Assembly: GCA_964016885.1 (NCBI GenBank)
Contig: OZ024742.1
Coordinates: forward strand, 266,414,001-266,478,000
DNA from: Eledone cirrhosa
Lineage: Eukaryota
DNA length: 64,000 bases
Direction: 5' to 3'
The notes under the pieces: model-generated
Told to the model about the DNA's origin: nothing
The model's database searches: none
The model's input: only the letters and a program-made list of their open reading frames with translations
Shown here: piece by piece, positions 54,970 through 64,000 of the stretch
Numbering within the stretch: position 1 is the first letter of the stretch
Layout of the letters: every line of letters starts with the position of its first letter
Position numbers and translations under genes: made by a program

Positions 54970-56110
54970 TGTTCCGCGTTTGTACACAACGTGTGTACAG
55001 GCCATTCCGTTTTTTATTAGAAATTTTATATCGTTTTGTGGTAAACTGAGCGGGATTCAGCTCTTAAGGGCAAAACTCTGCGATCAATTCGCAAATGCAC
55101 ACCACAGAAATTTTGTTTTGACAAAAATATCAAGGCAATAAAGAAATGCCGTTTGAGAAAAAAGAACAGCCGGCAGCCAACAGAAGGGAAACGCCAATGG
55201 TCAATCCAAAGCAGAAGAGAACCACAACAACAACAACAACTATTACTACTACTACTACTACAAATTACGTAGAGCAACACAAGAAATATGTAATTTCCCA
55301 GTATTGCAAGAATCTGACACTAGCATCGCCGCCATAATTACCAGCACCAACTCCAACACTACTATTACGAGAGATTAATCTGCATGAGCGGCCATCCTGA
55401 TCAAACTGGAAAAGATATGAGTCGATGTAGTCTTCTCGTACAAGGTGTAGGCAGTAGCTGATAAAAAAAGACTTTAATTTATCGGTGCCTCCCAACAAAC
55501 ACATGACGGATGGAGGCAGCCCCCAAACGCAAGTTGAAAGGGTCTTGATTGACATAATGCCTGAAATTTAAACATGCCGCAAGAGCAAGGTAGTTTGAGT
55601 GCATATCAACGCTTTTTAAAACCAAAACCCCTTCCGGTCATGCATTCTGTGGTCTCCTGTCGCAGCGACGAATAGGTTTTTTCTCTTCGTATTTAGAGAG
55701 AAGAACAGTAAACGTCAAGATCTCCGTAATCCAACCAGTGTTGGATGCCTACTTTGATCTGCTTTGTTTTTTTGGGAAGGGACGTCTGGAGGTGCTTTTC
55801 TATATGAAGCCAGAAAAGCATTATAAGATCCCATATATCAAACGCCCCCACCCCCCCTGCAGGCGTGGTTCGAACCGTATAGTATAGTTAAGTTGATGGT
55901 AGAAAGCCTTCCTGCCACCTGTGTAGGGATAACAACCAGTTGGAAGCTTTCTATCAGAGACAGAACAAGAAATTGCAGAAGAACAATAGTTAGAGCACCA
56001 AGTAGCAACAGCAATACTAACAGCAGTTGCCATAATAGCAGTAGCAGCACAGATACTAACAGCACCAAAAGTAGCAGCTGCACCACCTAGGAGGTCACCT
56101 ATCTTTGTTC
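54969..56110 (+). pseudogene. Decayed 5' UTR and ORF1 of a relative of the 10755 LINE
   Basis: KKDFNLSVPPNK vs KKDGYRVSLTPPPNK, SPQTQVERVL vs SESQIEKAL, Thr-rich N-terminus, GCA/ACA-rich tail; starts directly after (TTA)n. Confidence 0.6.
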
Positions 56111-57239
56111 TTTCTCTCCCCCTCTTTCTCCCCCACATTAAAACATACACACATATAAGCACTCACGCAAACACACTCACATACGAGTTGGATTTCTCAG
56201 ACACAGGTAATTTCTCACTTTTGAACTGAAAGCGTAAATAGCCTGAACAAATTCTATAGTGTATTATATCCAATATTTAACGATTCGGCCACTACTACTG
56301 TTCTAATGTGAATTACTCTCTATATAAAACCTTGGGAAATTAATTTACTTTTGTTGCTTCAGTAGTATTGGTGTTGACTGTTGACTGTTTAAGAAAAAAC
56401 TGATGTCGAAAATCCATAAATCCATATTGAAGACTATCTCATTTGAAACGTTGTTAGACAGCCATTATCAATCAATAGCTTGGTAAACATTACTGAACAT
56501 TCTAGAGCAAAAGTATCTAGCTAGCTTTATGATTGGCTGAACTACAATTATGATTTATTTCTTTGGCCCAAAGCCACAGATTTATTGACAAGAAGGAAAG
56601 TTTAATCATCTCTCACTATGTTAACCTCTATCATAGGACAGCCGTCATATTTGATTATCGTTGAGCTTTTCAAAATGCTATAATAGTGTATCTAAAAAAA
56701 GAAAAACTTTTACATAATATGTAAATGGGTTGTGGAACATTTTGTACTATAGCAAAACTTAGAGAGCGAATTGACCGAAGCAGTACAGTAGTCGTTGAAA
56801 TATTTTAACGTATATTTTCTGAATTTTGTCATCTGAGTTCAAATCTCACTGATGTCAATTTTCGTCTTTCTAGGAAGATCGACATGCAAAATCGTTAGAG
56901 GGCCAGACGGGAGCCTTTGTGGTATTTATTCTTGATTTGTGTGCCCCGAGTGCAAAGCCCGTCATGTTCAACTTCCATGATAGACTTAATCCATTACCCG
57001 TCCTGAGTTCACTTTCCCCTGTAGCTTACTAAGGTGTTAGAATTAATTCGTCTCACGGTTTAACAGCTCACCTGGTTTTGGGTGCCTTTAGAGGAGCCTA
57101 CTCTATTGCAAGGATTTTGAAAACAATTTTTTTTCACTTAAGATAGAGAATTCTGCCCCCCAAAGTCCCAACAGCAGACAATGTTTCTGCGTTCAAGTCC
57201 CCCCCCCCCCAAAAAAAAAAATTTATTTTTCTTACTGAT

Positions 57240-57278
<39 letters not shown>

Positions 57279-57279
<1 letters not shown>

Positions 57280-57560
57280 ATTAACCGTCGAAACAGCTTG
57301 TGCTCTGCTGTCGGGGTCATACTTGTTCCTATTACCCACTCTACTAACCTAAGTATTGAGTACTTTGGTGCGTTATGGTACATCTGGTTCCTTACCACAT
57401 TTCATTCGTTATATATATATATATAATATATACAATGATATTAAATAAATGGAAACTAATTTTATAAAACCATATTTATTCTATTATATATATTTCAAGG
57501 GTACCAAAAATACTTGGGGTAGTAGAGTGGGTAATAAGAAAACCGGCGCTTCAGTTCGGA
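57279..57560. repeat. Two tail fragments of the 35-37 kb PLE family in opposite orientation across (TA)n
   Basis: 57281-57410 matches 37262-37392; TACTTGGGGTAGTAGAGTGGGTAATA at 57511 is the reverse copy; a further diverged copy at about 51390-51480. Confidence 0.75.
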
Positions 57561-57569
57561 TCTAGCTGT

Positions 57570-58060
57570 TGAAAATCATAGACAAGAGGACGACCGACCA
57601 TCTAGCATCTTCTACCTTAGTCGGTCGGCCTCAAGTCAATAAACCTTTATAATAAACCTTTCAAGGATTTACACAAGTCCAGCCTCCTGTTACCAACTAC
57701 ACAAACGAAGACGGGTGAGCTGCATTACGTTGAGTGCTCTCCATAATATTACATCGAGACCATACGGAATGACCAGTTCTATCCAGTGGTTCACCCGTCT
57801 TCGTTTGTGTAGTTGGTAACAGGAGGCTGGACTTGTGTAAATTCTTGAAAGGTTTATTATAAAGGTTTATTGACTTGAGGGCGACCGACTAACGTAGAAG
57901 ATGCTAGATGGTCGGTCGTCCTCTTGTTTATGATTTTCAGCCCCATGGATTTTGTCTGTTATATTTCGAATATCACCGGATTCATACGGAACCCGGTCAT
58001 TGAAATGATCATAGTATAATAAACCTTTCAAGGATTTACACAAGTCCAGCGTCCTGTTAT
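57570..58060. repeat. 150-bp inverted duplication plus short direct copy
   Basis: 57570-57718 inverted to 57791-57939; 57647-57692 repeats at 58015-58059. Confidence 0.88.
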
Positions 58061-58596
58061 TTTATTATAATATATATATATATATATATATACATAATAG
58101 TATTCTATAGAGGAACGAAAAGAGATCCCAGTTAAATAAGGTATTCAATACATTAAGTAGAGAAGATATATAATTTATATCAGATGGAAATGACTTCTAC
58201 AGAACTTTCCCGATGATTTAACCGAATGAAACAGTGCTATTCCTGAAGAAGTCATTTCCATCTGAAATAAATTATATATATAAGGAATCCACACCTAATC
58301 CACCCCCACCCCACAGTCAATAAAGACAATAAGGCCAGTAATCTAATCTGTTTCTACCAATTCACATCTCTCATGCTATTACATGATATTACGGCGGCCT
58401 ATACAATATTCATCATATCGAAAGAAAAACGATTCAAACATATATCTAAAACATGATAAATGTTGATAAAACAAATCTTAATGTTTAACATACCATTTTT
58501 GTAATTCAACTAGAAATGTACAGCATAAAAATGATATTGATGAAAATGTTTTGAACACGTTTTACTGCAAAACACTGAGTGGTATGTGCTTAGTGC

Positions 58597-58672
<76 letters not shown>

Positions 58673-58856
58673 ATAAATATACATATGCCTGTACACACAC
58701 ACACATATATGTATATACACATACATAGATATACATATGCCTGTATACACACACACACACATATATATATATGCATGTGCATGAAAAGAAAATATATGCA
58801 TGCACACACACGGACACGCGACATACACATGCACATACACATGCACATACACACTT

Positions 58857-58902
<46 letters not shown>

Positions 58903-59769
58903 TGAGTAATGTTTTCCATTGTACAAATAGTCTAATTGAATTGCAGTGCTGTAACCTAAACAGTTTGTATTTGGTTATTACTGCTGCTCTGTTCTTTATC
59001 AGTATCTTCCATTTTGTCAATAATTGGCTGGCATAGCAGCCATTGCTGGCATAGCCATGTACAATGGAATGCATTAGATGATTGTAAGCAGGGAATATCG
59101 CCAAACATAGAAAATAACGAATGCAACAATTACAACAAGAACAACCACAAAAACAATAAAAACCGCAACAACGATAACATCATCAAGAAAAAGATGATAG
59201 AAAAAAACTCCAGTTATTTTTAAAACATTTCTGAATATGATGAACCTCTACTAAAACAACAGCAACAACATCATCAAAGATCTACGGTAGAACTAAACGA
59301 ACGAACCATCTAAACAAAATAAAAGGAAAAGGAATGGAAAATAATAAAATAAAAATAAAATACAAAACAGCACGTAACAAAATATATATTTAATGAATCA
59401 AAAACCGAAATACAGAAAAGAAAAGAGAAGAAACACAAAACAAAAGCAACAATAAGAGAAGTAGAGGAAGAGGAAAAAGATCCAATGTGAATGTGCATGC
59501 ATCAATCAAAGAATTAGAGAAATGTTTAGTGATCTAAGTAATCTAGTTTATTTCCCCCACCCCGTTATGGAGAGTGTGTATTACAGATTGATGGCTAGTG
59601 GTAGAAGACAGGAGAGGAACTACAACTACTTTAAGTAGTAGAAGTAGTAGTAGTAGAAGTAGTAGTAGTAGCAGCAGCAGTACTAACCAGACTGAATTTT
59701 TAGTTTATATCAACTAAAATATGTAGAGAGCATTTTTGTATGTCCGCATGTATGTGTATATGTATGTAT

Positions 59770-62351
59770 TTATTATCTCTTTCTCTTAAGTTCGAGTATA
59801 TTTTTTTGACCGGCCACCTTCCTGGTGGCAAGGTTGTAAAAGAAAAGAAATTGTCATCCCTTGAATCGCAAGAATGTTTTGCAAATTTTGAAGGTGCCAG
59901 CTATCGCAGCCATTTGTAGACTATGAATTAGGGAACTGCGCTTTTTGTCCGCAAATCCAACTTCAGTCATACTTTGGTCCGTAGCTCCAATAATGATGGG
60001 TATGAAGGTAAAGGTGTATCTTGGATACTGGATTTGTAAAGTCCTCATCAATGGTCCGTAGATGTCCTCCTTCTCCTGTATTTTTCTGACAACCTTTACA
60101 TCAAGTGGGCAGCTGATCTCCACAACAGAACACGTTTTCAATGTGTGGTCCCAAACTACAATATCAAGCCGGTTGTGCTTTAATTTGGTGGCAGTTTTTA
60201 TTTTCAGGTTCCACCAGTATTCCTTAGTGCCATCTGTCTCAATATATTCTTCCTCGTTTGTTGTTAATTTTGTTTTCCGAAGTGCGTTCCAGATGGTTCT
60301 AGCTATCCCATCGTGTCTCATGGGGAGGTAGTAGCGAGATGACATTCTTTCGCAGATAGTAACAATGTGGCTTACATTCTCGATCTTTGTTTTACATAGC
60401 CTACTGGTCAGCTGCTGGTCCTCCCCTTTTGGGCAGCAGATATTTGGTAGGGAGTTCTTGTTCCTGTATTGCATAGAGATATCCCTCAAGGAGTGATGTT
60501 ATAAACTTGTCGGAACTCCATGCCAGGTTTTTTAGTGGTTTATCCCCTCTATGGTCTGTGTTTTACGTCTCAAGTATCGATGCACAACCTTTTCTGTAAA
60601 TTGGTCAATTTTTTCATCTTGTTTGAACATTGAATAGGATCTTCCGATTTCTCTGGGTGAGAGATTTATATCAGGTTTTATTCCATATCTCTCCTCCAGA
60701 TCAGTCACTATTCTAATGATATTTTTTTTTCATGCTCATAAACCTGGGCAAGATGGTTGCCAACCTTTTTCCTCTGTTGAAGGTGTTGCTTCAGTGTTAC
60801 TATCCGGGTCTCATATGATGTTAATATGGATTTTAGACCCCGGCCACCTTCCTTGCGTGAGAAGTATAGCCTATCCACATCACCATTGATGTTAAAGTTC
60901 CCAGTAACACTGAGAAGTTTGCGAGTTCTAACATCCATCTCACTTAGTTCTTGCACTGACCAGTTCAGCAGGCCAAATGTTGGCGTTAGAATTGGCACAG
61001 CATAAGTATTGTGGGAAATGTATTTGTTGTACGCTGACAGTTCTGATGACCACATTTTCTTTACTCTTCTGAGGTATTCAGTTCTGGTTCTCTCCTTATT
61101 TATGGGTCCATCATATCTGACATTCTCATCCTGTCCAAGATATCTGTAGTTATCACCTGGCTGTAGAGGTTGTATTGTCAGGCCGTTCATCTCTAGATTT
61201 CTAGAGAAGGGCACAGCTCTTCCACGTTTTACTGCCAAATATACACACTTGGACTCACCAAATTTCATTTTGATGTCTGTTGAAAATTGTGTAATGAGGT
61301 CCAATTGTTTCTTGATGTCATTGATATTTGGCCCATACAACTTCAGGTCGTCAACAAAGAAAAGATGGGAGATACTTCTGGACCCACTTCTTTGTCCACC
61401 TTGTTTCCTGAGTAGGTAAGATAGTGGATTTAGTGAGAGAACGAAGAGTAGCACTGACAAGCTATCACCCTGAAAGATGCCCTTCTGGTAATGTATCTTA
61501 TCAGTCTTAACTTGCTCCTTCTCACCTCTAAGGATCAAATTGGTGTACCAGTTCTTGGTCAGGCGTTCAAAAGCAGCTACCAATGGTTGTGGGACTTTGG
61601 CTAACTGTAAAGCCTTAATAATCCACCCATGAGGTACACTATCAAATGCTTTTTGATAGTCCAGCCACACCACAGTCATGTTTCTGCGATGCTTTGTTGT
61701 TTTTTCCTGAATCATTTTATTAGTTAGTAGGTGATCTATACAACCCCACACCTCCCTCTTTCCACCAGCTTGCTCAGGTGTTATGATGTTGTTGGTAGCA
61801 CAGTGATCCTGTAAGAACAGGTTAAGGCACCCAGTATATAATTTATACATGATGTTTTGGCAGGCTATTGGGCGGTAATTTTTAGCAAGGGTGGTTTGGC
61901 TATTTTTGGGAATGAGGAGAGTAGTGGCAGTTGATAACCATCTGGGCAGTTCTTGTGTGCCTTTAATGGTTTCTGTAAACAGCCGTATGAAATCTTGCCG
62001 ATAGAAAGTGAAATTCTTCAACTAGTATCCTGTAATGAGGTCTGAGCCTGGTGATTTCCTATTCGACATTTTCTGTAGAGCTGTTTCCAGAATTGACCCA
62101 TCTATGTCATAATGTTTTGTCTGGACATGTTGGCAGTAGTCCTATTCCAGTTCTTTTAGCCAATTAGTTTGTCTGTTGAATCCGTCACCCGTTTCCCATA
62201 CAGATCTCCAGTAGCTCTCAAACTGTTCTTTTGAAGGGGTGTCATTTACAGAGATTGAGCTTTTGCCACCGAAGCTGCGATAAACTGATTTAGGATCTCT
62301 GGCAAACAATCTATTTAGCACTTGTCGTTTATGTGCTGTTGACTTATATTT

Positions 62352-62352
<1 letters not shown>
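59770..62352 (-). mobile_element. Decayed R4/Dong-type element, third family, with stops and frameshifts
   Basis: NYRPIAC, DYQKAFDSV, QGDSLS, FVDD, YRYLG, GGRGL, RHD, HNRLDIV in ORFs 60708-62021 and 59854-60489; 5' break at (ATGT)n. Confidence 0.9.
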
Positions 62353-62383
<31 letters not shown>

Positions 62384-62499
62384 TGTATGTATGTATGTAT
62401 GTATGTATGTATGTATGTATGTATGTATGTATGCATGCATGTATGTATGTATGTCTGTATGTATGTATGTATGTATGAATGTATGTATGTATGTATGTA

Positions 62500-62995
62500 T
62501 GGACATCCTGCAGGACTAAAAACAAAACCTGTCAAAGGGCAAAGGAGCTCTTAAGAGTCAATGGCCATACAAAATCACCGGGAGAGATGACCCCTTAGCC
62601 TTTGTCAAGGCAGCATTCTAGGAGAAGGAAAACTCTGATATAACACCTGCAACCCTGATGGTATCCAATGATGTTGACTTGTTCTTCTTTTTGGTAAATA
62701 TCATTTTGGTTAAGAGAGTGGGACTGGCTTTCTGCAGTGCCTTTGCTCACTATAAAAGCTTCACGGCACAGGCATTGCTTTATATCTGAAGATCTCTCTG
62801 CACTTGTCGTCACATGGTACCATGGGCCCAGCACTATGTGTCAATAATTGTCACAAGTGTAGTGTTTGTACCAGAGTTTTCAAGTCGCTGGCTGGACTAA
62901 AAAGTCACACTCGTTCAGCGCATCGGTAGGGGTTCTCCTAAATGGATATAAAGTAGTGGCCGTACTCGAAAACGAGTTGGCACAGCCACCATGTA
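62500..62995 (+). mobile_element. Non-autonomous RTE-derived element, 5'-truncated, in (ATGT)n
   Basis: Near identical to 41752-42245. Confidence 0.8.
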
Positions 62996-63469
62996 TGTAT
63001 GTGTGTTATTAAAAATAACACAGCCCCACCCCCCCCTTGTCAGGGCATTCTTCTAGGAGAAGGCAACTCAGGAAACTGAGATAACTCGGACATAAAACCT
63101 GCGGCTCAGTAGTTACCGATGATGTTGATCTTTTCTTCTTTTCGGGTTATAGCTACTGTCGCTCAGAGAGTGGAATTGGCTCAGTGCACAGTCTTTTCTC
63201 ACTTTAAAAATATTCTTCACGCACAGGCATTGTAATTATTGCATTAATTAATAATTATTAATAGTGTATTATTATTACTATTAGTATTGGTATTGTTACT
63301 ATTATTATTACTTTTTTTTTTATTTTCCCAATTCAATGATGTTCCAAAACAATATAAAAGAGATAATTGGCAATAAAGGTTCTGGAACAAAAGAGATAAT
63401 TGGCAATAAGGGCTATCACAGCTTGGGCCCGCTCGTCATCGTGCCACTGTAATAGAGCCAAGCAAGGCA

Positions 63470-64000
63470 TTTAGTCTTGGCTGCTGGAACGTACGGACGC
63501 TGTTTAACAGGGATTCCTTGGAACGTCCTGAACGAAGGACCGCTCTTGTTGCAAAGGAGCTTTGACGTTACGATCTTGACATCGTGGCTTTATCTGAGAC
63601 GAGGTTAGCTGGAGATGGTCATCTTACAGAATTTTGTGGAGAATATACATTCTTCTGGAAAGGAAGAGATGAAGGAACCAGAAGAGAGGCTGGGTAGCAT
63701 TTTCTGTTAAGACTTTTTGTGAATAAATTAGAAGAATTCCCAGTAGGGATTAGTGAGCGTCTTATGTCCATGAGAATTCCGCTGGACAAAGGAAGATATG
63801 CCACCCTGGTGAGTGTGTATGCTCCAACTATGAATTTTGTCGATGAAGAAAAAGTGTTCTTTTACCATGCCTTGAAAGGTGGTTTAAGAAATATCCCTCA
63901 AGCAGACAAAGTCATCGTGCTTGGTAACTTTGATGCTACAGTGGGTAGGGATTTTAACACATGGAAAGTAATCGGAAGGCATGGGGTGGGAAAGTGTAAC
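63470..64000 (+). pseudogene. RTE-clade LINE APE endonuclease N-terminus, degenerate, runs off the window
   Basis: LGCWNVRTL..RPERRTALVAKEL*RYDLDIVALSETR..YTFFWKG, then SVYAPT and VLGNF. Confidence 0.85.

Noticed and set aside
57958-58290. HHR-like folds at 57958-58020 and about 58239-58290
   Set aside because: First lacks a valid CUGANGA box; second has a 2-bp stem II and misregistered stem I.

Overview
AT-rich, microsatellite-saturated eukaryotic DNA with no recognisable host gene. The SINE families and the (TA)n/(CA)n load point to a coleoid cephalopod, probably Octopus (inference). Coding content is all transposon-derived: a near full-length two-ORF Tx1/L1-type LINE (10755-16620) plus a decayed relative, four R4/Dong-type RT-RLE copies, three of them abutting (TAA)n tracts, a frameshifted Penelope-like element with RT and GIY-YIG (30887-34719) plus PLE remnants, RTE and CRE fragments, a non-autonomous Helitron, MITEs and many tRNA-derived SINEs. 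Nearly all other ORFs in the track are microsatellite translations. The main hidden signal is RNA structure: about ten hand-folded type I hammerhead ribozyme (HHR) motifs from several families sit in tandem or inverted 300-800 bp repeats embedded in (TA)n. They include compensatory stem I changes between copies, a tandem pair that would release a 428-nt retrozyme-like monomer, a U3-A8 core variant and very long stem II inserts. A second candidate is a 52-nt GT-AG intron that would fuse LINE ORF1 to ORF2 in frame. All folds were done by eye and are untested.
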